A DNA stretch of 49,968 nucleotides from Bacteroidia bacterium (GTDB taxonomy: Bacteria; Bacteroidota; Bacteroidia; NS11-12g; UBA955): contig JADYZD010000234.1 of assembly GCA_020853295.1 (NCBI GenBank), positions 1 to 49,968 on the forward strand. Reading direction: 5' to 3'. The notes beneath the pieces were generated by a model. It saw only the letters and a list, made by a program, of their open reading frames with translations, was not told the DNA's origin and did not search any database. Shown one piece after another: positions 1 through 9,350 of this stretch. The position numbers and the translations under genes are program-made. Numbering within the stretch: the first letter of the stretch is position 1; the number at the start of each line of letters is the position of its first letter.

Positions 1-3000
1 TTAAGTCAATACAAACAAAAAGTTTCGATTCAAAAATCCATTGTAAAAACAGCATTATGTCGCTTGCAAGACAACCGCCCATTGTGCGAAGATTTTTATA
101 AATTAAAAGCATTAAAGGTAGAAAAAATTGCAGTATGCGGAGATATTGTACTCGATGGGTTGGCCGATACCACTGAAGTTGCGGCAGCCATTTATTACAA
201 TATAGCCAATTTTTTATCGCCAAAAGTATATTTCTATAGCCTAGAAGAAATGCAGGCCAAAAATGCAGCAGGCGAAAACCGTTTATTAAGCAATGACGAA
301 ATCTTTAACGGGCCAGCTTTGCAACATGGATTTGTAGATGATGCCGAACTTGACAACTCAGACCAAGCCTGTAGTATAAAAGCCAGTGACCTTATCCAGC
401 TGATTATGGATACAGAGGTAAATGGTACCAAACCAGTTAAAGCAGTTCGCGGATTGCAATTGGCCAATTTTCCGGAAGACAACGATGATAGTATTTCTGA
501 AAAAATAGTAAAGTGGTGCTTGGAATTGGCTATTGATAAGTTTTATGTTCCCCGATTGTCAGTAGAAAAATCAAACTTTACTTTTTATAAAGAGAATTTG
601 CCTTTTTCAGTAGATACGGATGAAGTAAATGCACAGATTGATGAACTTATTGCCCAAGAACGCAAACGTTACCCCATCAATCCAGTATTGGACATATCTA
701 TTCCTCAGGGCTCTTGGAGAGAGGTAACCGACTTCACTTCTATACAAGAAGATTTACCGATGACATATGGGGTAGGCAGTGCTGGAATTCCCAACTTGCC
801 TAGTGATTATGAAGCACGCACGGAAAGAATTGCAGAGGCTGCACAACTCAAAGAATTCTTGAGTTTTTTCGATCAATTGTTTTACAATTATCTACAACAA
901 TTGGACGGAATGAAATCGCTATTTAGTTTGAATGAAGGCACAAACGAATGGGGCGATTTATTGATGAATAAAACCTATTTCACCAAGCCGTTGGTGGGTA
1001 AACGTGCAAATGAATTTAATGCAGATCCTGCAGATGATGAATCTGATGATGTGATGAATATTTTTGTTCAACCTGATATTGTACCAGATGCATCTTCATT
1101 GGAGATTTTTACATCAAAATATGATTCATTGGACCATAAAATTGCCAACATTGCCGAAACAGAGGAATCCTTTGTAATGCGCAAAAATCGGTTTTTGGAC
1201 CACCTTTTGGCTAGATTTTGTGAACAATTTTCTGATTATGCACTGCTGCAATACAGCATGGATGGTGCCAAAGCAGGAAAAGAACTCATTAGTGATAAAC
1301 TGGCTTTTTTAAATGCCTATCCCCGCATCAGTGCATTCCGGGGTACTGCATTTAATTATACCAAAGCCTTGCCTTGGCATATTCAAAATGCATCAGGTTT
1401 TGAAGACCGCTGTGCGCTTTTGATGGGTATGGATACAGTAAGCCCACAAAAATTGCTTTTTTCTAAGAATTTTAAAATCACAGAAACTGCTGGGAAATGG
1501 GATTTTTTACTTCAAATTACCAGCAAACTTTTGGTCAATATTGAGGCATTGGATTCAAAAATTGACTTGTTACAATTGATAGAAAATGTAGTAGCAGCAG
1601 GTGTACTATCTTCTAATTATTCATTAAAATCCACTGCACCTGGCAAATACAAAGTGCTTTTAAATAGTGTTAATTGTAAATTTAATCCTATTGCCCAAAG
1701 CTTTAAAACCGACCTTACCTTAATTCAAGCCAAGGATGTAATTGCTAAAAGCATCAAAGGTTTAAAAGCAGAATTAATTGAACAATTTACCGCGAATCGA
1801 AAAAATTTAACACCGCCTTTGTTTGATTATTTTAAAATAGTCAACCATACAGTGGATGCAACCACTACCCCACATTTGCACACAATTGAATATATCCTTT
1901 ACGACCGTCCAACCTACCTCACAGGAGAGATTCAATTGCTCACAGGTACTATAGAAGGTGCTGAAATTGAAGGAAAAAATGCAGAAGATACCAAATTAAT
2001 TACTGCATATAATCTTTTATGGAAAGTGGTACGTTATGCTTCCGATGCTGATTGTTATCGCTTCAATCCGGCTACTGCCATAAATTATCCAGCATCATAC
2101 CACTTTGAAATATTTGATGAATACGACAATGTTCTGGGTAGTGATAAGAAACACAATTACAATTATCAACTTTCTCAGATTATCAAAAATGCAATTGCAC
2201 CATCAATAACTGTTGAAAATTCCGTCACAAATAGCGGCAATTACACAGTAAACAATGCCGTTGCAGATGGGCCTTATATTCGGATTCATGTTAACGAAAC
2301 CATACCGTCTATTGCGGCTGATGGAAATGCAATTTTCAAACACAAATTGCAATGCACTGTAGATGCGGATAAACGCAAATTAACCATTACTGGCCTAGAT
2401 TTATCAGCTGCTTTAAGAACTGGTGATTCAATAAATATTTATAACGGATCCGAATATGTTCAAACTGTTGAAATACGCAAAATATATTTTAATTCCAATA
2501 CAGTAATAATTAGCAATGAGGCCATAGAAAAAAACACATCCGCCAATATTTCATATGAGAAATCTTTTGAAATCAAACAGATTTCTGGCCATATATTTAT
2601 TGTAAAAGGGGGTATGGAATTGTTGGCTATTGCAGATATGGTCGATTTCATGCAAGAAAAGTTTATTCAAAAAGAAGGCATTCATTTAATTGAGCATGTG
2701 TTATTGCGCCCAAAAGTGATTCACCAAGATGCTTTTTTTAATATTAAAACCGACGATGACTGTGAGGATTGCAAAATATCCGATGTATACAGCTTTACCA
2801 TGTCGGTAGTACTACCCTATTGGCCCGATCGCTTTTTGGACCTTAATTTTAGGGCGATGATAGAAAAAACTATTCGCCGAGAAGCACCTGCACATTTGGC
2901 ATTAAATATTTGCTGGGTAAGTCCAATACAAATGATGCAATTTGAAACTGCTTATAAAGAGTGGCTCATTGCTATTAATACCTTTAAAGAGGACTCTGCA

Positions 3001-3147
3001 GAAAGAATTAGTGCATTGGCCAATTTCATAGATATTATTAAGAAACTACGCACTGTATACCCATCTGGCCGACTGCATGATTGCAAAGAAAATGAAATCA
3101 CAAAAAATCCTGTAATATTAAATCTAACCCAACTAGGCACCTTTTAA
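1..3147 (+). CDS. eCIS baseplate-class structural protein, 5'-truncated by the window edge (position equivalent to Afp11/gp6-like)
   Basis: Frame 1 is open from nt 1, with no stop before the TTG at 64 used by the ORF track, so the gene begins upstream of the window. More than 1040 aa are visible and the stop is at 3145-3147. An 11-nt gap separates it from the next large same-strand ORF, and tape-measure and AAA+ ATPase genes follow. Function is assigned from size and synteny only. Confidence 0.5.
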   Translation, partial: LSQYKQKVSIQKSIVKTALCRLQDNRPLCEDFYKLKALKVEKIAVCGDIVLDGLADTTEVAAAIYYNIANFLSPKVYFYSLEEMQAKNAAGENRLLSNDEIFNGPALQHGFVDDAELDNSDQACSIKASDLIQLIMDTEVNGTKPVKAVRGLQLANFPEDNDDSISEKIVKWCLELAIDKFYVPRLSVEKSNFTFYKENLPFSVDTDEVNAQIDELIAQERKRYPINPVLDISIPQGSWREVTDFTSIQEDLPMTYGVGSAGIPNLPSDYEARTERIAEAAQLKEFLSFFDQLFYNYLQQLDGMKSLFSLNEGTNEWGDLLMNKTYFTKPLVGKRANEFNADPADDESDDVMNIFVQPDIVPDASSLEIFTSKYDSLDHKIANIAETEESFVMRKNRFLDHLLARFCEQFSDYALLQYSMDGAKAGKELISDKLAFLNAYPRISAFRGTAFNYTKALPWHIQNASGFEDRCALLMGMDTVSPQKLLFSKNFKITETAGKWDFLLQITSKLLVNIEALDSKIDLLQLIENVVAAGVLSSNYSLKSTAPGKYKVLLNSVNCKFNPIAQSFKTDLTLIQAKDVIAKSIKGLKAELIEQFTANRKNLTPPLFDYFKIVNHTVDATTTPHLHTIEYILYDRPTYLTGEIQLLTGTIEGAEIEGKNAEDTKLITAYNLLWKVVRYASDADCYRFNPATAINYPASYHFEIFDEYDNVLGSDKKHNYNYQLSQIIKNAIAPSITVENSVTNSGNYTVNNAVADGPYIRIHVNETIPSIAADGNAIFKHKLQCTVDADKRKLTITGLDLSAALRTGDSINIYNGSEYVQTVEIRKIYFNSNTVIISNEAIEKNTSANISYEKSFEIKQISGHIFIVKGGMELLAIADMVDFMQEKFIQKEGIHLIEHVLLRPKVIHQDAFFNIKTDDDCEDCKISDVYSFTMSVVLPYWPDRFLDLNFRAMIEKTIRREAPAHLALNICWVSPIQMMQFETAYKEWLIAINTFKEDSAERISALANFIDIIKKLRTVYPSGRLHDCKENEITKNPVILNLTQLGTF

Positions 3148-3158
3148 ACAACTAAAAA

Positions 3159-6100
3159 ATGGAAATTATCAATACACTTCCGGTATTTGAAAACAGCCAG
3201 GTATTAACCGCCTCGCAGCTCAATTCCATGCGCGATTACTTGCAGCAACAAAACAACATCACACGTGTTGGCCTAATTGGGCGCGGCATAGTTTGCGGAC
3301 TAGAGGCCACAAAAATTGGCAACACTTATAAAATAAGCGCCGGCATTGGGGTTTCTTCCTGGGGCTTTTTATTTTGTGTAGATGATTGTGAATTAACCCA
3401 TTTTAAAGAATATAAAATTCCCGACAATACCGATTATTTTCCCTTTCAGGATGATACTGGGAAACAGAATACTCCCTTATGGGAACTGCTTCCTTCCTCA
3501 GCCAATGGCAATACTGGTGTTTCATCACTGAGTGATTTTGATGGAAATTTAAACGAATATGTAGTGTTGTTGTATATGGAAGAATACAACAAAGATTTAC
3601 AAAGTTGCCTGGGTAAAAGTTGCGATGAATTGGGCATAGACCGTACCTATACTATCCGCAAATTGCTCATTAAAAAAACCGATTTAGACCTAGTAAATGC
3701 AGAAACGAATAACAAAGGGGGGTATTTATACGAGGGCTTATTTGATGCCAAAGAATTGCATTTAATGCAGCCCATATTAAATGCACAAACCAGCAGTAAT
3801 TATCACATGCTGGTAATTGCATACCTTACACCTGTTGCCATTATTACCAAGCCCTTATTTGAAAATCTGGATATTATTTACCAAGCCATTTATCCGATAC
3901 TCAAAAATAAATTCCCCAATTCTCCCATTTCTGATTTGTACAATTTATGGAATGATACATTAATACAATATACCGAAAAATTCATGTCGGGTGAAGCTAT
4001 TGGTTTTCAATATTTATACGACCGTGCTGCCGATGCTGTAAAATCACTCAATGAACTTGCCTGTGCTGCCATGCACCTAAACAGCCAGTGCAAATTTAAT
4101 TCTAATGCATTTCCCATGCATTTAATGTTGGGCAAAATCTCCTGTCCTCCAGATAAATACCGCCAAGAATTTGTGTATTCACCATTATTTAATGAACAAA
4201 AAGACTGGACACAAAAGGTGGTAAAACTATTTACAAGAACAGCTGAAATTATTGCCAACTTCATTGGGCAAGATGATTCTTTAGGAAAAGAATTTGGTAT
4301 TGCTGCAACACCCAGTATGGAAAAATGGCAAAATCTAGGTAAGAGCTCAATTCCTTTCTACTACAAACCAGAAACCATGGATGAAAATTGGGATGAGAAT
4401 AAATGCGGCGTGTGTTATACCAAAGGCAATAGCATCCTCTCCTATTACAAACAAAAAGAAGGTGGGAGCAACATAGGTTTTGAAACCACTCCGTGGTACT
4501 TCAACACCCAGAAATACAATTTTATTCGAATTGAGGGCCAACAAGGATTTGAAGTTGGTTTAGCAATTGAAAAATTGAAAGGAATTGCCAAAAGATTTAA
4601 TATTCCCTTTTCATCCAGTTATGCATTTTTAGGTCAATCTACCCCAAAAGGAAAATACGGAGATAATGACTGCTGTTATCCTGATTTGGATGTAAAATAT
4701 TTGCCTTGGCGGAATAAATTTTTATTTTATGTGCGCAACATTTTAAACACAACCAAACAGCTGGAAACCGTATTTGAAAATTTCTCTACTGCCTTTGGCA
4801 GCACCCAAAAAGCAAATTCCTATTACTATGCACCAGAGGCAGCAGCTGCGGCTCCTAATGCTTCTGATGGCAATGTGGTAATGGAAAAAGCAGCATACAA
4901 CAATAGCGATAGTGGAATGCTCAAAGGTTTTGATAAAGTGATGTTTAACATGGCAGCATTTCAGGAAAACTTTGAATTAGCGAGTGCCAAAAATGTAAAT
5001 ATTTCACCGAAAAACAAAAGCAAAATAATCAAATCAAAAGTATCCGCTTCTACTGCGGGCAGCAAAGCATCTACTGATAGTCCATTGGAAACTTTATTGG
5101 GCTGGATTACCGATTTTAACGACTGCCTAGAAGGCATGGAAAAGGTTTTGCCTACAAGCTTTTGTAGGTATGACCATACTGCATTTACAGAACAATACAA
5201 ATGCACAATGAACAAATGGATTGCGCTTATCAAACTCTTTAGGGATATGATCAATAGACAGCGTGACCCTGCTATGGTTCAAAATTTAGTAAACCTAGTA
5301 TTGTTGTACAAAGGAATTGCATTTTTTAAAGATGTACTTTTCATTGATATAGATACTATTGCTGAAATGAAAGCACGTCGTTTACAACAAGTTGAAAAAA
5401 CAAAGATATTCAGCAATGTCGTTCGAAAAAACCCAGGAATAGAACACTTGGCCGGTGTATATCGCAACGACCAGCTAGTGTTGTTAACCTATACCCCACC
5501 GCTAAAAGAAACAAAAAAAGATATTGATGTATCATTATTGGAAATGCTCAAAAAATCAGCTGACAAAAATGAAACCACAGAGAAATTCGTAGATATTGTT
5601 TTACAATATATAAAAGAATTTGATTCCAAAAATTTGTCAAAATTAGAAGGCAGGGTAATTGCTGATTTTGCCATTCACAATGATTATTGTTGTGAATGTG
5701 AAGCCGACGTTGACTCATATAGTGAACTTGCGCCCCAAGCATTTCCTAAAGCATATGCCATAAATCTTGAACAGGGCAAAGAGGTATTTAGCACCATTTT
5801 TAAACCCGTAAACGTATTTTACCACCCAGAAAGATACCATATTGCAGTTAACTCTAGAGCCAATTATTCAGAGGCCGAAGTCATCACCCAAGATTACCAG
5901 CCTATAGACGGACTTGAAAGGGAAATAGTTAAATACACCGTTAGCCAAGAAGATTTAAACAAAAGTCCAAACAACCGCACCAAACTGATATTATTTGATG
6001 AAATCGAATACGAAATTCAAGACAGAGAAAATGATTTTGAAGTATTAGATTCAGGTATCATTAATGTATTTTTATACCGAAATAAAGTGGCTGAATTGCC

Positions 6101-6365
6101 GACTTTTAGTGCAAATGGCCGCTTGGTTTCAGATAAGAAAGATCCAATTACTTTTTATGCCATTTCGCTTCAAGACGCGAAAACTGGCGATAATATTTCT
6201 GAAACTACCATTCAGAGTGCACAGGGCATTTTTACCATCCCTGATTTGGAGCCTGGAGATTATACAGTTAGTTTTTCCGTTCCAGGATTCAACAACATGG
6301 ATGTGCCCCTTTCCATTAAAGATCAAGATGAAGACATGGGCGATATCGTATTTAGACGCGGTTAA
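3159..6365 (+). CDS. eCIS baseplate/periphery structural protein (Afp12/gp7-like position) with a C-terminal carboxypeptidase-regulatory-like beta-sandwich
   Basis: ATG at 3159, 1068 aa. The stop TAA overlaps the next ATG (TAATG at 6363-6367). The last ~85 aa (nt ~6105-6362, ...GIFTIPDLEPGDYTVSFSVPGFNNMDVPLSIKDQDEDMGDIVF) match the CarboxypepD_reg-like pattern. The rest is assigned by synteny. Confidence 0.5.
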   Translation: MEIINTLPVFENSQVLTASQLNSMRDYLQQQNNITRVGLIGRGIVCGLEATKIGNTYKISAGIGVSSWGFLFCVDDCELTHFKEYKIPDNTDYFPFQDDTGKQNTPLWELLPSSANGNTGVSSLSDFDGNLNEYVVLLYMEEYNKDLQSCLGKSCDELGIDRTYTIRKLLIKKTDLDLVNAETNNKGGYLYEGLFDAKELHLMQPILNAQTSSNYHMLVIAYLTPVAIITKPLFENLDIIYQAIYPILKNKFPNSPISDLYNLWNDTLIQYTEKFMSGEAIGFQYLYDRAADAVKSLNELACAAMHLNSQCKFNSNAFPMHLMLGKISCPPDKYRQEFVYSPLFNEQKDWTQKVVKLFTRTAEIIANFIGQDDSLGKEFGIAATPSMEKWQNLGKSSIPFYYKPETMDENWDENKCGVCYTKGNSILSYYKQKEGGSNIGFETTPWYFNTQKYNFIRIEGQQGFEVGLAIEKLKGIAKRFNIPFSSSYAFLGQSTPKGKYGDNDCCYPDLDVKYLPWRNKFLFYVRNILNTTKQLETVFENFSTAFGSTQKANSYYYAPEAAAAAPNASDGNVVMEKAAYNNSDSGMLKGFDKVMFNMAAFQENFELASAKNVNISPKNKSKIIKSKVSASTAGSKASTDSPLETLLGWITDFNDCLEGMEKVLPTSFCRYDHTAFTEQYKCTMNKWIALIKLFRDMINRQRDPAMVQNLVNLVLLYKGIAFFKDVLFIDIDTIAEMKARRLQQVEKTKIFSNVVRKNPGIEHLAGVYRNDQLVLLTYTPPLKETKKDIDVSLLEMLKKSADKNETTEKFVDIVLQYIKEFDSKNLSKLEGRVIADFAIHNDYCCECEADVDSYSELAPQAFPKAYAINLEQGKEVFSTIFKPVNVFYHPERYHIAVNSRANYSEAEVITQDYQPIDGLEREIVKYTVSQEDLNKSPNNRTKLILFDEIEYEIQDRENDFEVLDSGIINVFLYRNKVAELPTFSANGRLVSDKKDPITFYAISLQDAKTGDNISETTIQSAQGIFTIPDLEPGDYTVSFSVPGFNNMDVPLSIKDQDEDMGDIVFRRG

Positions 6366-7927
6366 TGACTACCCACCACGTCCATAGCAGCAAATTCAAC
6401 ATATCTGTTGTCGACACGGCACAGGCCCTTCAAGCACGTCAAAAAATTAAAGAATTTGTGCAGTACGAACTGGAACCTATTTTCGAATCCGTTTTTGATA
6501 TCTTACCCGAAACCCAAACCCTACATATTCCCAAATTGGAAATAAACTTGGGAAATATTGATTTAAATAATCTCGAAAATATATTAAAAACAAAGCTCAA
6601 CGAGAAATTAATGGAATCCCTGCTGTTGCTTTTAAAACAACAAGCGGAATTGGGCGTTGCTGGGATGAATAAATCAGTATCCGATACCGAAATTTCTGTA
6701 CAAAACGGACGCAGCTTGTATGCCGATCCAAGTGGCAAAATAGTGGCAGATTCATTTGAAGGTTTTTCCGACCCCAACACCCTCCTTATCCATTATCTAG
6801 AGCATGGCCGTCTGCCTTGGTATACTTCTGAGGCAGGTATTGTAGCATTCAACAACCATATTGGCGAAATTAAAACCCAGTATTCAATATTTATTCAATA
6901 TTTGAATACATACTCCCCTGAAAGTGTTGAATACATGCGTATTTTGAACCTCATTAGCAACCGTACCTGGCTACAATGGCTACACTTTGAACCCACTGAA
7001 ATTGATGATTTTTTTGCGTTTTTCCGCACCCATTTTAATTCAATTGAAAAGTTTAAAATACAGGATTCCCAAAAAGTGATTCAAGAGCTGGAACAACGCA
7101 TACAGCGCATTACAAAGAATCTGATTTTGCAAAACAATCCCCCTCCAGTCATCCGAACCTGGAAAGATTTTTTTACTCATATTTCAACGCAAAAATCTGC
7201 AGAATTTCAGCAAATAGAAAAATCAATTCATCTTCTATCTGCCATAAACTTTAGCAGCGAAATCCACAATAATAAATGGGTGGAAGCCTTGATAGAACTA
7301 ACAAAAATTAAAAAAGCAAAAACTTCTCCAAAGGACACCGAAGTCAACACCACCAAAGCCCAAGAAAACACTGTTCCACCCGATAAAAAAGCATTTAAAG
7401 CACCTAAATATAGACAAGAAAACGAGTCGTTCTTGATAGACGATGCGGGTATTATTTTGCTATGGCCATTCTTGAGCCAGCTGTTTGCTCACCTGCTTTG
7501 GTTCAACAAAGAGACAGGTGAATTTACAGATGAAAATGCGCAAAATAAAGCTAGTGTATTTTTGCATTATTTGGCAAACAATACGCTGCCTGAAACTGAA
7601 AACAAATTGGTTCTTTGCAAAATAATTTGCGGAATTGATATTGATGCGCCGTTAAACTTGGATTATACTTTCAATGCAGAAGAAATCGAAACTGGCAACG
7701 AATTGCTCACTGCGGCAGCAAAGCATTGGACTGCATTGAGAACTGAATCGGCAGAAGCCTTGCAAAATGAGTTCTTTTTTCGCAAGGGAATATTAAAATT
7801 CACAGACCCCAATTGGTCTTTAACCATAGAACGAAAAAGTATTGATATACTTATTGACCGGCTCCCTTGGAGCATTTCAAATATTAAATTGCCATGGAAC
7901 TCGTATATACTAAACACAACCTGGTAG
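6365..7927 (+). CDS. contractile injection system tape-measure protein (Afp14/Pvc14-like)
   Basis: 520 aa. The N-terminus carries ...LHIPKLEINLGNIDL (family pattern LELDLG-I). The C-terminus carries DDAGIILLWPFLSQLF... and ...LIDRLPWSISNIKLPWNSYILNTTW, resembling the conserved AG-LLL-PFL and LPW...LPW blocks I recall for this family. It sits immediately upstream of, and overlaps by 34 nt, the AAA+ ATPase, as in Afp/PVC loci. Confidence 0.6.
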   Translation: MTTHHVHSSKFNISVVDTAQALQARQKIKEFVQYELEPIFESVFDILPETQTLHIPKLEINLGNIDLNNLENILKTKLNEKLMESLLLLLKQQAELGVAGMNKSVSDTEISVQNGRSLYADPSGKIVADSFEGFSDPNTLLIHYLEHGRLPWYTSEAGIVAFNNHIGEIKTQYSIFIQYLNTYSPESVEYMRILNLISNRTWLQWLHFEPTEIDDFFAFFRTHFNSIEKFKIQDSQKVIQELEQRIQRITKNLILQNNPPPVIRTWKDFFTHISTQKSAEFQQIEKSIHLLSAINFSSEIHNNKWVEALIELTKIKKAKTSPKDTEVNTTKAQENTVPPDKKAFKAPKYRQENESFLIDDAGIILLWPFLSQLFAHLLWFNKETGEFTDENAQNKASVFLHYLANNTLPETENKLVLCKIICGIDIDAPLNLDYTFNAEEIETGNELLTAAAKHWTALRTESAEALQNEFFFRKGILKFTDPNWSLTIERKSIDILIDRLPWSISNIKLPWNSYILNTTW

Positions 7928-9276
7928 AACAAAATTTGCTTTCTACGAATGCAGATGACATTTCAAATGAATTGGATTGGTTTGAATCTGTGCTACAGAT
8001 GCGTTCGGCAATCAATGCTGGAAGCGCGTCTCCCAATGCCAATATTTTCACACTTACGCCACCAGATTTATCAAAAAGAAAATCTTCTTTTGCCCAATTT
8101 ATTAAAGAACATGACCTAAAATTCGAAGACCGTTTTCTTTTGTTTATGTCTATGGTACCGCAGATAAAGCCTGAGTGTTTGGACATTTTTCTCGTACAAA
8201 ATCAACGAACAGGTCAGATTTACACCGAATTCGGAGGCCGCCGTGGCAAAATATTCAATGGTTTTTTACCCACAGCAGAAACATTTTTATTTGTACTTGC
8301 TGGTGGAAATTTGCAAAAACGATTTGAATTATTGCAAATTTTTGATGCGCGGCATCCACTTTTTTCATTAAATATTTTGGATGCTGATGTACCCGAACCC
8401 GGCGATCCTATTACCAGTTTGCCCTTACAAATAAACAAAAATTGGTTTGAATTATTTACCACAGGTGAAGAATCTACGCCAAGATTTAACAATGAATTTC
8501 CAGCACAAAAATTATCTACTTTATTGCAGTGGGAAGATTTGATATTGCCCTCACAAACCAGCGAACAACTCAACCAAATAGAAACTTGGTTACAACACCA
8601 TACAGTATTGATGGAGGAATGGGGCATGCGCGGTCGGTTAAAACCAGGATTCAGGGCACTTTTTCATGGCTTACCTGGCACAGGTAAATCATTGGCAGCT
8701 ACATTACTGGGAAACCGTTTTGGGAAATCGGTTTACCGCATAGATTTATCAAAAGTAGTTTCGAAATACATAGGTGAAACCGAAAAAAACCTAGCCAAAG
8801 TTTTTGACCGTGCTGAAAACCGCGGTTGGATTCTATTTTTTGATGAGGCCGATGCCCTGTTTGGAAAACGCACCCAGGTTTCGAGTTCAAATGACAAATA
8901 CGCCAACCAAGAAACTTCGTTTCTATTGCAACGGGTTGAGGATTATAACGGGCTTGTAATTCTGGCCTCCAACTTTAAACACAATATGGATGACGCATTT
9001 ATAAGGCGTTTTCAAAGCGTTGTTGATTTTTCATTACCAGGACCAGCAGAACGATTGTTAATTTGGGAAAAAGGCTTTTCAGAAAAAGCAGTTTTAGAAG
9101 ACAAAATGGATTTAAAAGAGATTGCAGTGAGACATGAAATCAGTGGTGGGGTAATTATGAATGTAATCCAATACAGTTCATTACAGGCCCTGAAACGTGG
9201 GGATGGAATTATTCGAAACCGCGACATTATTAATGGAATTAAGTTTGAACTGCGTAAAAGTGGCAGAACCTTGTGA
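7894..9276 (+). CDS. eCIS AAA+ ATPase (Afp15/Pvc15-like assembly or payload-loading ATPase)
   Basis: 460 aa. Walker A GLPGTGKS is at nt 8668-8691 and Walker B ILFFDE at 8830-8847, followed by ADALFGKR. There is a single C-terminal AAA+ module plus an N-terminal non-ATPase region. Its position between tape measure and payload supports the call. Confidence 0.8.
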   Translation: MELVYTKHNLVEQNLLSTNADDISNELDWFESVLQMRSAINAGSASPNANIFTLTPPDLSKRKSSFAQFIKEHDLKFEDRFLLFMSMVPQIKPECLDIFLVQNQRTGQIYTEFGGRRGKIFNGFLPTAETFLFVLAGGNLQKRFELLQIFDARHPLFSLNILDADVPEPGDPITSLPLQINKNWFELFTTGEESTPRFNNEFPAQKLSTLLQWEDLILPSQTSEQLNQIETWLQHHTVLMEEWGMRGRLKPGFRALFHGLPGTGKSLAATLLGNRFGKSVYRIDLSKVVSKYIGETEKNLAKVFDRAENRGWILFFDEADALFGKRTQVSSSNDKYANQETSFLLQRVEDYNGLVILASNFKHNMDDAFIRRFQSVVDFSLPGPAERLLIWEKGFSEKAVLEDKMDLKEIAVRHEISGGVIMNVIQYSSLQALKRGDGIIRNRDIINGIKFELRKSGRTL

Positions 9277-9350
9277 GTAAAAATATGAGGTAAAAATAAA
9301 ATCTATTGATTTAATTTGATAAAAGCGAATCTATAAACTGACACAACCAT

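Noticed and set aside
6064-6387. 107-aa plus-strand ORF overlapping the end of the 3159..6365 gene
   Set aside because: It is out of frame within the CarboxypepD_reg-like domain coding region. The TAATG coupling of the flanking genes leaves no room for it.
8220-8627. 135-aa minus-strand ORF inside the AAA+ ATPase gene
   Set aside because: It is nested antisense to a gene with clear Walker motifs, and there is no supporting signal.
1-9276. Alternative reading of the structural genes as a Bacteroidota T6SS (subtype iii)
   Set aside because: A tape-measure-like protein, a single-module AAA+ ATPase (not a ClpV-like double ring) and DUF4157 payload point to an eCIS rather than a T6SS. No Tss-like membrane-complex genes are visible.
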